Shown here piece after piece: positions 39,845 to 53,904 of a stretch of DNA of 64,000 bases. The notes beneath the pieces were generated by a model, which searched no databases, was not told the DNA's origin, and worked only from the letters and a program-made list of their open reading frames with translations. Within the stretch, counting starts at the first letter, position 1; each line of letters begins with the position of its first letter. The translations under genes were made by a program, and so were the position numbers. The DNA is taken from contig OZ024740.1 of assembly GCA_964016885.1 (NCBI GenBank), positions 310,372,001 to 310,436,000 on the forward strand, read 5' to 3'. The stretch comes from Eledone cirrhosa. Taxonomy: Eukaryota.

Positions 39845-40055
39845 TTGTTTTATATGGAAAAAAGTGGCTCGAAACAGGTTTTTAGAGAAGTAATTTGATT
39901 GGTTGGTCAATAAGTATAATAAATTTCGCGCCAGTTCGCGTTACAAAGTTCTTCAAACAAGGGGGGAGTGGGGGCTCAGGTTTCTTTTCATATATGAGTG
40001 AAGTTTGGTTGGTTGATGCAGTCACGTGAATAAGCACATCAGCTTTCGCGCCAGT
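39845..40055 (-). promoter_or_regulatory. Candidate pseudo-LTR promoter (two E2F-like sites, CCAAT, TATA) upstream of the HHR
   Basis: TTTCGCGCC at 39924 and 40044, CACGTG at 40023, CCAAT at about 39900, TATAAAA at about 39850; motif match only. Confidence 0.4.
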
Positions 40056-40114
40056 TTGCTTTTGAATTTCTTTTTACTTAAAAAAAGGCGGGTCACGAAG
40101 GCTTTTTTTTTATA

Positions 40115-40145
<31 letters not shown>

Positions 40146-40154
40146 GCATGTACA

Positions 40155-40207
<53 letters not shown>

Positions 40208-40301
40208 GTATGTATGTAATAGGTAAACAGAAATAACAACACAATCGGTACAGTATATGGAAGGTATATATTAGGTTAATGCTTGATATAGCAGGAAGAG
40301 G

Positions 40302-40339
40302 TTCTTAACGTTTCGGACGGTAGTCGTTCATCAGAAGAA
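40302..40339 (-). ncRNA. Minimal hammerhead (family N)
   Basis: TTCTT-CTGATGA-acGAC tacc GTCc-GAAA-CG-TT-AAGAA; stem III reduced to the palindrome ACGT. Confidence 0.65.
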
Positions 40340-40689
40340 AGAATGAGAAATAAAATAGATTGAGGAGACGGGCGGGTTGGGTTGGAATTGGACAAAATGT
40401 CTTTAGAAAACAGGTCCTTTCATGTTGACACCTCTTATGCATGCACATGCCTGTGTGCGCGCCCATATACACGAATAAACAGGCCTAAATCTGTCTACCC
40501 TCGCGCGTGCACACACATGCACAAACACACATCTCGCCGCCCCACCAATACACCAAAATATACACATACTCCTCCCCCTCCAAAATAAGACCAATACCTA
40601 TATATATATATATATACATTCTCAGTCCACATATCAAAACAAAAATATATCTTTTGTCGTATCACCAGTCTGAGGAGCAGATCGAAAAG

Positions 40690-41590
40690 TTATCCCAGGT
40701 TCCTGAGTTGCCTTCTCCTAGAAGAATGCCCTGACAAAGACTAGGGGTCCTTCACTCCCAGCCCGATTATTTATATGTGCCCGCGCATATACATACACAT
40801 TTATATATGTAAATATTTATATACATATATGTACATATATATACATCTTTACACATTTGTGGATGGCTGTTGACTCTGATGAGTTCTTCCGCCCTTTGTC
40901 AGGTTTTGTTTTTTGTCCTGCAGGATGTCCAAAATCACACTCCTCACCAAGTAAACTTGGTGGGGTTGCCGGTTTAGATGCCGACGACCCGACCATGTGA
41001 CAGGTTGTACTGGGTTACATGTTACTTGTAGCACTCAATAGTGACCCGACATACATACATACATACATACATGGTGGCTGCCAACTCGTTTTCGAGTACG
41101 GCCACTACTTTATATCCATTTAGGAGAACCCCTACCGATGCGCTGAACGAGTGTGACTTTTTAATCCACCCAGCGGTACAAACACTATACTTGTGACAAT
41201 TATTGACACATAGTGCTGGGCCCATGGTACCATGTGACGACAAGTGCAGAGAGATATGCAGATATAAAGCAATGCCTGTGCCGTGAAGCTTTTATAGTGA
41301 GCAAAGGCATTGCACAAAGCCAGTCCCACTCTCTTAACCAAGATAATATTTACCAAAAAGAAGAACAAAAATCAACATCATTGGATACCATCAGGGTTGC
41401 AGGTGTTATATCAGAGTTTTCCTTCTCCTAGAATTCTGCCTTGACAAAGGCTAAGGTGTCATCTCTCCCGGTGATTTTGGATGGCCATTGACTCTTAAGA
41501 GCTCCTTTGCCATTTGACAGGTTTTGTTTTTAGTCCTGCAGGATGTCCCAAGTCACCCTCCTCACCAAGGAAACCTTAGTGGGGGTTGCA
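40690..41590 (-). repeat. Fragments of a dispersed repeat (TAGGAGAAGG motif), also at 53585-53850
   Basis: CCTTCTCCTAGAA at about 40711 and 41421, reverse at about 53660; 40858-40970 duplicated at 41477-41590; resembles RTE-type UTR sequence. Confidence 0.55.
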
Positions 41591-41789
41591 TACATACATA
41601 CATATATATATATATATATGTATATGGTCACTGAAAAGACTTATATTTGTAATTCGAGATCTATAAAAACATTTGTATGCCACCCGCATTTCATATAAAT
41701 ATCCGCATATGATTTTGAATATTAGTGTAGGTTCCTACATACAATCACTCATACAGGTATGCACATGATCGCCAACATACACAAAGGTA

Positions 41790-42060
41790 CGCTCAGAGTT
41801 GCTGAAGCATGGAACAAACTATCTGCATCAGTTGTTAGCTGTTGAGACACTGCATCCTTTAAAACCTCCACGATTCCTGAGATTCGCCAACACTACACCT
41901 GATGTTCCCCTCCATACACACGCACACATATATTTCATGACTCGTACACTGTTCATTTTCCTGACATTTGTACATTATTCTATGTACAATACATGCACCT
42001 TTGATGAGTGGAGTTGTAGTGCACCTGAGCACTATACACAATAATTTTATTATCATTAAC
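41790..42060 (+). mobile_element. CR1/L2-type LINE 3' fragment
   Basis: LRVAEAWNKLSASVV..TASFK matches the CR1 ORF2 C-terminal motif; ends in an ATT-like tail. Confidence 0.65.
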
Positions 42061-42595
42061 GTATATCAATTCAACTACACATTAATTTCAGAATTTACAT
42101 TCAGCTGTTCATTAACTTTTGACGGAGATTATTAGTGAAGGCAAGTCATTCAGTTTCAAACCTGTATTGAATGCATCACACTAACACGACTCACTGTACA
42201 TTCGCCTTGTGAATAATATATTTATAACGGCAATAATGAAAATTACCAACAACAAAAAAAAAAGTCCGCCTGAATTACATACAATCGTTTTGAGATATAA
42301 ATATAAAATAAATTAAATCTCGCAGTTGGAAGATTACAATGTTCCATAGAAATAAAGGAGTAAATAATTTTTTCAGGAAAAAATATACATGAATTTGCAA
42401 ATATATTTATTCCCAACTTTCTCAAACACATTTTTTTTAAAGAGCTTTCTGCTACCCAATTTAAATAGCCTCCAAAGTTTTAGTTGTATAATATTTCATT
42501 CCGATATTGAAATGCCATTTAAATAGTCAGAGTATATGGACAATTTACGAAAATGATTACATATATAAACACACACACACACATATATATATATA

Positions 42596-42704
<109 letters not shown>

Positions 42705-43006
42705 TAGGGTGGTGCGTGTGTGTGTTTTATACATCGCAATATTTAATCTTTATTCCTTCATTCCGAGATGGAAAATATATACAAAGTAATAAAGAAAAAA
42801 AAATTGTGTCCAAAGTTGAGCATTGGAAATTTTTATGAAACTATAAATAGTGTATTCACGCAACAATTCAGGAATGCTGGCAAACGTTTAATACAAAGGT
42901 GCTTCCGATTTCTTTACCAACCACATACTTAATCACACACAGATATTCACATAAAATACACATATTTATGCACACATTTACACACACGGGCAATAAATAC
43001 AAACTC

Positions 43007-43074
<68 letters not shown>

Positions 43075-43132
43075 AATATAAATATGCATATCTAGAGGGG
43101 GAAGCTAATTCACATACATTCACAATACACGA

Positions 43133-43200
<68 letters not shown>

Positions 43201-43481
43201 CTCACACACAAACACATGCACGCATATGCACTTATATAATTATGTATTTGTGTGTGTATTGTGCACGTGTATGAATTCGTTTCCAAATCACTATATGCAT
43301 ATGTATATGATTATCTATATATTGTGCTTGTATTTATTTGCCTGTGTGTGTATATATGCGTTTTCCTGTGTTTCGCAGAGCAGTAGCTGGTGTTCACATT
43401 ACATCGGTTATAAATTAGTCTACACTCAACATTTATAGAGATCCTTTTGTCAATAAGAGCTATATATATGTATATAGATAT

Positions 43482-43640
43482 AATAATTGTTTCTACTTTA
43501 GGCACAAGGCCAGCAATTACACAGTACATTACTTGTACTTTATTTTATCGACCCCGTAAGGATGAAGGTCAAAGTCAACCTCGGCGGGATTTGAACTCAG
43601 ATCATAAAGGGACGTAACTATGCTGGAAAGCCCTCTACCA
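43482..43640 (-). mobile_element. tRNA-derived SINE
   Basis: Reverse complement of the SINE core and tail. Confidence 0.85.
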
Positions 43641-43714
43641 TTAATAAAAAGGATGGGGTTTAGATCTTTATTATATTTATTGAGATTTTACACGCGCTTC
43701 GCGATTCATCAGTT

Positions 43715-45590
43715 CAATGCTGTTGAGTCCCTGCCTCTCATGGAAGAGCTTGTTGCTTAGCCGACGTTGGAAGAGCTCAAGAAGGCCATTCAGAGCTTGG
43801 CCTCAGTCAAGGCCCCGGGCGATGATGGGGTTCCTCTAGACGTGACCAAGTAATGTAGGACTATCCTACTGCAGCCAATGCATGAGGTCCTCTGGCAGTA
43901 CTGGGGAGAAGGTGCTGTACCCCAGGACATGAAGGACGCTGAGATCATCACCCGTTACAAGAACAAAGGCGAAAGAAGCAACTGCAACAACTACAGGGGC
44001 ATCTCCTGTCTCAGTGTCGTCGGCAAGGTACTCGCTCGGGTTATCTTGATCCGCCTGTATACGCTGGCAGAGCATGTGTACTCATAATCCCAGTGCGGCC
44101 TCTGAGCCAAACGATCAACAACAGTCATGATCGTCTCCCTCCACCAACTTCAGGAGTTTGACCTGGTTAGGATAGACGGCTTCTTCAAGATCCTCCCACA
44201 GGTTTCCTGCCCACCTGGACTGCAAGCATGGTCGAATCATTCCACACCAACATGAAGGGGACAGTGTAGTTTAACGGGGACACCTCTAAGCCATTCAGCA
44301 TTTGCAGCGGGGTAAAACAAAGCTGCGTTCTTGCGACCACTCTCTTTGGGATATTCTATGCTCTGCTCTTGAAGCATGCATTCAGCACTGCAACAGAGGG
44401 TATTTTCCTGCATACCAGATCAGACGGGAAGCTGTTCAACCTCGCCCGTCAGTCTCCGAGCGAGGAAAAAGGTACGTAAAACCCTCATTAAAGATACGAT
44501 ATTCGCCGATGATGCAGCAGTTGCGACGCATCCCCAACAGGAACTCCAGATGCTGATGCATCGCTCCTCCCAGGCCTGCAGGGATTTGGGACTGACCATC
44601 AGCCTTGGGAAGACAAACGTCTTGGGACAGGACACAGAGGCACAACCGGTCATCAAAATCGATGACTATGAGCTCGACGTCGTCCATCAGTTTACCTACC
44701 TTGGTTCCACCATCAGCGCCCCCCCCCCCCTCCCCCTGGACACAGACCTCGGCAGCAGGATTGGGAAGGCAGCCACAACATTTGTTCACCTCACAACCCG
44801 AGTGTGGACAAACCCAAGCTCGTCGTAAAGACCAAGATGGATGTGGACAATTCCTGTGTCATTGGCACACTGCTTTATGGCAGTGAGACATGTTACCCAT
44901 ATGCTAGACAGAAAAGGCGACTCAATACTTTCCATCTGAGAATCCTGCGCCGTATCTTGGCTATATCCTTGCAGGACATATTGCTCAGCGCCAAGGTCCT
45001 TATTCGTGCTGGCCTTCCCAGCATGTTTACCCTGCTCCGGCAGCGGATACTACGCTGGCTAGAGTACGACCACCGCATGAATGATGGCCTATCCCCAAAG
45101 ACATCTCATATAGGGAGTTGGCCTCTGGAAAGAGAGTCCCCAGTCGACCTCGACTACGATACAAGGACATTATTAAAAGAGGTTAATTTTGCCTTTCATC
45201 CTTACGGGGTCGATAAAATAAAGTATCAGTAATGGACTGGGTAATTGCTGGCCTTGTGCCAGAAGTAGAAACAATTATTAAAAGAGAACGCCATTAAGAT
45301 CAACACAGAGTCCTGTGAGGGCACTGTAGCTGACCGGCCAAGATGGAAAAAACACCCTGATTCAACACCTCAAATCAGGGGAGGAGAGTTTGATGACTGC
45401 AGCAGCGGACTGGAGAGTCCAGTGAAAGGAGCACAATAAATCCAGCAGATGGGAGACAATATACAGATGTGTTCAATGTGCCAGAAACTGTCACTCACGT
45501 ACAGGTCTGTTTAGCCACTAGAGACGCTGCTCCAGCTGAGTTGACAACAGGTCACTACCCATGGTCAGCCTTGACCTAAGGAGGCTTTAA
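43715..45590 (+). mobile_element. Decayed RTE-clade LINE (RT half)
   Basis: KAPGDDG, NYRGISCLSVVGKVLAR, GVKQ, FADD, FTYLGS, LLYGSE, FHLRILRRIL; many stops. Confidence 0.9.
45182..45273 (+). mobile_element. 5'-truncated SINE nested in the RTE LINE, 13-bp TSD
   Basis: TSD ATTATTAAAAGAG at 45169-45181 and 45274-45286. Confidence 0.85.
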
Positions 45591-45622
45591 CTAAACTTAA
45601 ATACATAAGATAAATCAAATAA

Positions 45623-45803
45623 TTGTTTCTACTTTAGGCACAAGGCCAGCAATTATCCAGTACATTACTGGTACTTTATTTTATCGACCCCGTAAGGATG
45701 AAAGGCAAAGTCAACCTCGGCGGGATTTGAACTCAGATCGTAAAGGGACGTAACTATGCTGGAAAGCATGGCGTCCGACACTCTACCGATACTGCCAATC
45801 CAC
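45623..45803 (-). mobile_element. tRNA-derived SINE
   Basis: Full core on the minus strand; AATCAAATAAT duplicated on both flanks. Confidence 0.88.
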
Positions 45804-46723
45804 CAATCAAATAATGAAATCAATGTATAATAAAAGTATAGTTCATGGAGGATGACACATCTGTAGACAATGTTCAAATAATATATGTGATGACATTTTG
45901 TAGGTTTTGTAGTTGGTGTCATAGTGAAATATTTTTTTATTGTCTGTATTCTAGTTAGAAGGCAGTTTTGCCTTCCTTACAGATACCTTTGTGGAGATAA
46001 GGTGGTCAGTTTTTGATAACCAGGCCCGGTGTCTTGTTCACCTGTTGTCAGCAAAATCTAAAGTCTGTTTGCTTGTTGGATAGCCGAGGTTCATCGGTAT
46101 ATGAAGATTCCCAAAATTGCTTATCTGATATCTGCGGACCTTCGCACGGTAAGGAGGTCATTTATTGCTGGGAATATCTGTCACGAAGCCTCTATATGAA
46201 ATAGGACAGCCATAAGGAGTTTTATGTTCGCACATCTAAAGAGGTGTGCATACTTATTCAACGGATGTCATCCGACTGTCCAATTATGTGGTGTTCGTTT
46301 CCACAGAGGTCGCTCCACCGACACTTTTCGATCTCCATGAGTAGATTACTCATTTCCCTCAACTATTATTTATAACGATCGATCATTATTTTGATTATTT
46401 GCGTTTGGACGCATTCTTTCCAAGTTTAAAATGTTCTTCATTCAAAAAAATTGTATATATATATGCGTGAGTGTGCATGTATGTATGTGTGTATATGTGT
46501 GTAATCTATGTATACATAAACACAGGTGTGCATGTACTTCTATTCACTTATGTAACTAACAGTTATATATAATGTTTTTCTATCACGCAACGTCTACGAA
46601 ATCACGTTTCCATTTCACCATATGAACCCAAATCTTTACCCTCCAAATCTACATTCTCTTCCGTTTAACTCCTGTTTCATGCTATCTATAAAGAAATTAT
46701 ATATCGCAGTTCTCTTTTTCTCC

Positions 46724-46816
<93 letters not shown>

Positions 46817-47141
46817 AGTCTCTCCCAATCTCTTTCATGCTCTCACTAACTTTGTATCTATCCATTTCTCGATTTTTTTCTCGCCGTATATAAATCTATG
46901 TAATTGTCACTTCCTGCTTCACCAGCCTTACCACTATTGTAAAAGTAACTATAATAGTATCTTTTTTTTCTCTCACGTTTCTGCATTAACATCGAGTGTT
47001 AGGTAGGAGAAAATATACTGATCTATGATCATACGACCTAAAAATCGAAACAAACTTGTAAATGCTTCCTAGTTCATACACAGAAAGAGATGCCTCTGTC
47101 TATCTATTTATCAATCTCTACCTCTACAGACAGACAGACAG

Positions 47142-47195
<54 letters not shown>

Positions 47196-47196
47196 G

Positions 47197-47252
<56 letters not shown>

Positions 47253-47268
47253 TATATATATATATGTG

Positions 47269-47313
<45 letters not shown>

Positions 47314-47404
47314 CGAAGGAAATGTGGTAAGGAACCAGGTGGACCATAACGCACCAAAGTACTCAATACTTGAGGTAGTAGAGTGGGTAATAGGAACCAG
47401 TAAG

Positions 47405-47498
47405 ACCCCGACAGCTGAGCTCAAGCCGTTTCGACGGCTAATTCTGGACTAAATGAACATTTATCCTGGTATTTAAATAGCCGATCTTCTCAAGGGGT
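47405..47498 (-). ncRNA. Hammerhead, U3:A8 variant (family O)
   Basis: Reverse complement of 48689-48782. Confidence 0.8.
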
Positions 47499-48688
47499 AA
47501 TTCCATATATGGTCAAAGTGATTGTCAAAAATCAGTAGTAATTCTGTGGTTGCAAATTAGTAGGGGAGATGGTGGCTAAACCTGCCAGTAGGAGAAAGAG
47601 GGGAGGGGGTGGAGTAGACCCAATCAAGCGTTGGTAGTGCCAGCTACAGCTGGGCATGAGGTCAAAGAAGATACAGGGGAGGGGGAGGGGGAGGAAGTCG
47701 GAACGGTAGGTAGAACAATGGGGGGTAAAAATAGGAAAGAAAAAATACTGAGAGTGAAGAAAAGCAAATAAGTGTAAAGAAAAAATTAAATTCTACGACC
47801 TAGGTGTCAGGCTATTGTTAGGCGAGAATAAAATAAAGAAAGAAAGAAAGAAGTAAATAAATAAATAAATAAATAAATAAGGAAATAAGTAAAAGAACTA
47901 GGTGGGACGAATTAGGCAAGGACCCTTTTAAGAGGTATAAGTACGTAAATGATACGGTGACTGGTCAACAAAAGGGGCCAAAATACTAAAGAGACTACCA
48001 CGAAGTAAACAATAAAGGTTTCCATCCCGGGCCAGCAACGACCCAGTGCAGCAAAGTGAACTTGTACGACATAATAATTCTGAGTCCCGGGAAAAATATA
48101 TACTAATGCTAACTCTAAAAGATCTAAAACAAGCTACATGAAAGTTCGTACGAAATAAAGGTAGAATACGGAGAAATAAGTTCAGAATCCACCCCGCCCA
48201 GCGGGGTGGATTGGGTCTACTCCACCCCCTCCCCTCATTTACGTACTTATACCTCTTAAAAGGGTCCTTGCCTAATTCGTCCCACCTAGTTCTTTTACTT
48301 ATTTCCTTATTTATTTATTTATTTATTTATTTACTTCTTTCTTTCTTTCTTTATTTTATTCTCGCCTAACAATAGCCTGACACCTAGGTCGTAGAATTTA
48401 ATTTTTTCTTTACACTTATTTGCTTTTCTTCACTCTCAGTATTTTTTCTTTCCTATTTTTACCCCCCATTGTTCTACCTACCGTTCCGACTTCCTCCCCC
48501 TCCCCCTCCCCTGTATCTTCTTTGACCTCATGCCCAGCTGTAGCTGGCACTACCAACGCTTGATTGGGTCTACTCCACCCCCTCCCCTCTTTCTCCTACT
48601 GGCAGGTTTAGCCACCATCTCCCCTACTAATTTGCAACCACAGAATTACTACTGATTTTTGACAATCACTTTGACCATATATGGAATT

Positions 48689-48782
48689 ACCCCTTGAGAA
48701 GATCGGCTATTTAAATACCAGGATAAATGTTCATTTAGTCCAGAATTAGCCGTCGAAACGGCTTGAGCTCAGCTGTCGGGGT
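48689..48782 (+). ncRNA. Hammerhead, U3:A8 variant (family O)
   Basis: ACCCC-TTGAGAA-GAtCGGCTA..TAGCCGTC-GAAA-CGGCT tgagctc AGCTG-TC-GGGGT; GUC triplet, 6-bp stem III. Confidence 0.82.
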
Positions 48783-48792
48783 CTTACTGGTT

Positions 48793-48844
<52 letters not shown>

Positions 48845-49036
48845 TGTGTGTGTGTGTGTGTGCGTGTGTATGTTTGTCTACCAGAGCATCTTTTAAGAAT
48901 ACCTGAATACATTTTATTTACTGCGACAAACTTCTATATACAAATGCAAAAAGTGAACGGATAAACAACACAGGAAATGTTACAGTATAAAGAAGATATA
49001 AAATTAGTTTAATGCTTGATATAGTAAGAACAGAGT

Positions 49037-49070
49037 CTTAACATTTCGGGCGCATGCCCTTCATCAGAAG
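49037..49070 (-). ncRNA. Minimal hammerhead (family N, copy 2)
   Basis: CTT-CTGATGA-aGGGC atgc GCCC-GAAA-TG-TT-AAG; flanks homologous to 40230-40360. Confidence 0.6.
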
Positions 49071-49836
49071 TTAAGATGAGAAATAAAAGAAATAGAAGAA
49101 TTAACGAAAGTAAGAAGAGGTAGAAATAGAATTTGCAAATTTTAGTATACAAATTGTGATGTTCCGGTGATTTTCCCTCTGGAAATCTATAACCAACGAT
49201 AATATATTGAAAAAAAGCAACTTATTATTATGAATTTGATATTTCAGTCATTGATGTTGTTTAACAGGAATATCTGCCCAAATGAACATCAAGCCGCTAC
49301 ATGTTGCCTCAGGTGTTCAAGACGCATCGGGATGGGGGGGGGGGGTTCTTTGGTGTTCCTAGTAGGCATGACATTTCGAGTTTTCCCAAAAATGGGGACT
49401 GGGCTAATGTTCTTTAGCCAGCCTTGGAAACTCTTCGGGATAGTAACTGGTGTTCTTTGTACCGGTTAGGTTTCTCCAACTCCTTTTCTTGCAATCTTGT
49501 TTCAAATGAGGAAGCTCCAGCTAGGTCAGGCCTATAGTGCTCTACTTCTTTGTCTGTTTGTATCCTGAAATACTACGCCCCCCACCTCCACCCCCGTCGT
49601 TTTTTATCACAGACTACAAAGCGGGCTAACCTTCTCCTTGTCAACATTATGTTACCAAGCAATATTTTCACCACATTTCCTGCTGCTTTGAGGATGTTGT
49701 TGTATTGGTAACGATTCTTCGCCTCAAGGTATGGGGCGAATCTATTTACCTTAGCTGTCATATCTTTTAGCCTTTTTCTGTATACAAATCTTAGATTCAT
49801 ATTTTTCACTATCATTATTCATTTCATCCACCTTTG

Positions 49837-50022
49837 GCAGTGGATTGGCAGTATCGGTAGAGGGTCGGACGCCATGCTTTGACGCATAGAGTTACGGCCC
49901 TTGTCATTCTGAGTTCAAATCCCGCCGAGGTTAACTTTGCCTTTCATCCTTACGGGGTCGATAAAATAGAGTACCAGTAATGCACTGGTTAATTGCTGGC
50001 CTTGTGCCAAAAAGTAGAAACA
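49837..50022 (+). mobile_element. Full-length tRNA-derived SINE, 23-bp TSD
   Basis: TSD ATTATTCATTTC(A/T)TCCACCTTTG at 49814-49836 and 50023-50045. Confidence 0.9.
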
Positions 50023-50138
50023 ATTATTCATTTCTTCCACCTTTGAATTCAGAATAACAATTTTTTTCTTAATGTGAGCCCTGCGTGTTTAATAAATTAT
50101 TATTATCACTACTACTACTACTACTACTATTGACGCTG

Positions 50139-50173
<35 letters not shown>

Positions 50174-50889
50174 GCTACTACTACTGCTACTACTACTACT
50201 ACTACTATTTTTATTATTATCCTTTTTTAATTTTGTTTATATTTCTCATTATTATTGCTATCAAAAAAGGCAGTAGCGTTGCCGATAGCGGTAAATTTCA
50301 TAACTGAAACATTTCGAAATGCTTCTGTGGTAGTGACGCTTGTGGAAGTGACGAAGGTGGAGGCGTATGTGTCATTGCTGGTTCAAAGTCACTAACATAA
50401 TTATAAAAGTCGATTTTCTGCTTTTGAAGTCACTAGAGCCGCCAGTGTTGTTTCTGTTGTTTTTATTTTTGTTTTGTTTAGGTTAAGTTAAATTTCATAA
50501 CCATTCAAATGGGGTGATGGGGTGGGTCGTTTGTTTTTGTGCTTTTTGTTTTTGCTGTGACAGTTAATATGAACCTGTTCTTATTGCTACTAGCAATTTG
50601 AAATCTGACATCAGCTTTCTTCTCAAAAATTCAAGTTAAATCGATTTTTAATTTTTTCGAGGAGTTAGGGGAAGATTAACTTAGGAACGGCCCTCATGAG
50701 TCTGTCCCGTACGGAAAATTATTGTAATTTTTTTTTTCAACACTTGCCTGGTCCTTTACAGAAACCAATGATATTATTTTGGGCCGATCACTACCGGGTA
50801 AATATGCAAAATTGGGTAAAAACCTAATCCCGAAAAAAACAGCGTGTGTAACTTGTCACCATGGTTACTATTCTTATTCTTATTATTCT

Positions 50890-51450
50890 CGTGAATTGGC
50901 AGTATCGTTAGAGGGTCGGACGCCATAGAGCTAGGGCCCTTGCCATTCTGAGTTCAAATCACGCCGAGGTTAACTTTGCCTTTCATCCTTACGGGGTCGA
51001 TAAAATAAAGTACCAGTAATGTACTAGTTCATTGCTGACCTTGTGCCAATAGTAGAAACAATTATTATTATTATTAATAATCCCGCCGAGGTTAACTTTG
51101 CTTTTCTTCCTTACGGGGTCGATAAAATAAAGTACCAGTCACGCACTGGGGTCGATTTCCCCTCCCCCAAAATTGGCGGTCTTCTGCCCATATAAGGAAC
51201 CATTTTTATTATTATTAATGTTTCTACTTTTAATCCCGCCAAGGTTAACTTTGCCTTTCATCCTTACGGGGTCAATAAAATAAAGTACCAGTAATGCACT
51301 GGTGAATTCATGGTCTTATGCCTTAAGTAAAAACAATTATTAATGTTTCTACTTTTGGCACAAGGCCAGCAATTACACCAGTGTATTACTGATAAAATAA
51401 AGCACCAGTAATACACTGGGGTAATTGCTGGCGTTGTGCCAAAAGTATTA
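50890..51450 (+). mobile_element. Cluster of SINE copies and fragments
   Basis: Core repeated at about 50965, 51085 and 51240, plus inverted tail fragments. Confidence 0.85.
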
Positions 51451-51489
51451 TTAGTATTATTACTATCCTCACCCCCCTTCTTCATCTTT

Positions 51490-51715
51490 TTCTTCCTCCA
51501 CTTATTCCTTAGAGGATCGTGGCAACAGAGTCCTCAACATTCCTTCCAGCGGGCTCAGAGGCAACCGGCTGCAAGTAATTCGGCTGGATCTCTAAGAGTG
51601 ACCAGTCGAACTCATGGATCTTATTCAACCATCGTGCTCGTGGTCTACTATTGGGTCTCCTGTCGGCTAGTGTTACCCGTAAAAATCTCTCTTGCGATTC
51701 TTTCTCTCCTTTAAC
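51490..51715 (-). mobile_element. RTE-1/Expander-like LINE 3' end
   Basis: RRPNSRPRARWLNKI..FDWSLLEIQP..LQPVA resembles the Expander C-terminus. Confidence 0.6.
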
Positions 51716-52069
51716 AATACATATATCACAAAATATAGACTTGTGAAAATGTATACAGAACAATCACGAGTTCTCAAGACGTGAACCTAAACTCTGAGTA
51801 TAGCATTTTACAAAGGCTACCTTAGTGTGCATATGACCGAGTTTGCTTGGAATGGCTCATTCGTCTTTCAGATCATATCTATCATATATATGCCATCTCA
51901 AGCGATGATTATTTAAATCCGATGAGGATTTATATTTAAATTACCATTGCTGCTATGCATGAAATTCAGTTGATTAGATATTACACAAGCCATACATGTT
52001 TACCAACACAGGAACCTATATAATTACATACACAAATTAATACGCGCATAATAATATATATATAAATAT

Positions 52070-52382
<313 letters not shown>

Positions 52383-52420
52383 GAAATATAAGAATCAAAG
52401 AACTGTTCAAAACATTATTG

Positions 52421-52467
52421 TGCTTACAGCTGTTTCCTCCAAACCGAGGTTTGGATTCTTCGGAGCA
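52421..52467 (-). ncRNA. Hammerhead with a U4C core change (family P)
   Basis: TGCT-CCGAAGA-aTCCAAAC ctcg GTTTGGAg-GAAA-CAGCTG-TA-AGCA; inverted ends at 52379-52406 and 52591-52617. Confidence 0.6.
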
Positions 52468-53007
52468 ATTTATTAATGCATGGACAGTTATATGACCTCC
52501 TTTTCAGCCGAGAGACATACCAATATATATTCAAACATTGATACATATTCAAACATTGTGGGTCAACATTCATTACAGAATTTAGAGTGGCAGTTCTTTG
52601 ATTCTTATATTTCATATAACTGCTCTGTAAATCATCTGATGTTTTTACATTGAGCTACTTAACTTACTGGTAATAAGGTAGTAATACATTACTGCCTACC
52701 ACTATTTAGGGTGTGTGTAAAATACTTACAACTGCTTAAGGTTTTGTGTTTACATAACCATAAATAGTATAACTAATACTATATTTATATATATATATAT
52801 ATTTATTAAAATAACAGATTAAAGTTTAATCTGTTATTTTAATAAATATTTGCTCTACGGTTCTTATATATTTGATATATATTTATCCTTATCGAGCCCT
52901 CTTTGGATTTTAGTCTTCAAATTTATTATTATTTCTATATATATATATATATGTGTATATTAGTTTAGCGACGTTTTTTATATGAAATCGTGTGTCGAAA
53001 CAGATAT

Positions 53008-53513
<506 letters not shown>

Positions 53514-53904
53514 GTATATATATATATATATATGTATATTTTATTTTATTTTATTTTATTTTTTTGCGCGGGAACATAGAAATAATCGGGCTGGATGCTT
53601 GATCGCGCAGTTAAACCACTGGGAGTGAAGAACCCTAGCCCTTGTCAGGGCATTCTTCTAGGAGAAGGCATCTCAGGAAACTGGGTTAACTCCGACATAA
53701 AACCTGCGGCTCAGTAGTTACCGATGATGTTGATCTTTTCTTCTTTTCGGGTTATAGCTACTGTCGCTCAGAGAGTGGGATTGGCTCAGTGCACAGTCTT
53801 TCCTCACTTTAAAAATATTCGTCACGCACAGGCATTGCACGAGTGCATTAATAATTATTAATAGTGTACTATTATTATTATTATTATTATTATTGTTATT
53901 GTTA

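Larger units (their letters stand above)
47391..48796. repeat. Near-perfect inverted repeat, about 560-bp arms and 280-bp spacer, HHR family O, between (TA)n tracts
   Basis: 47391-47952 is the reverse complement of 48235-48796. Confidence 0.95.

Noticed and set aside
40875-40910. CTGATGAG motif
   Set aside because: No GAAA or closing stems downstream
45850-46350. Possible RLE-LINE 3' relic
   Set aside because: Motifs too decayed to support a call by eye
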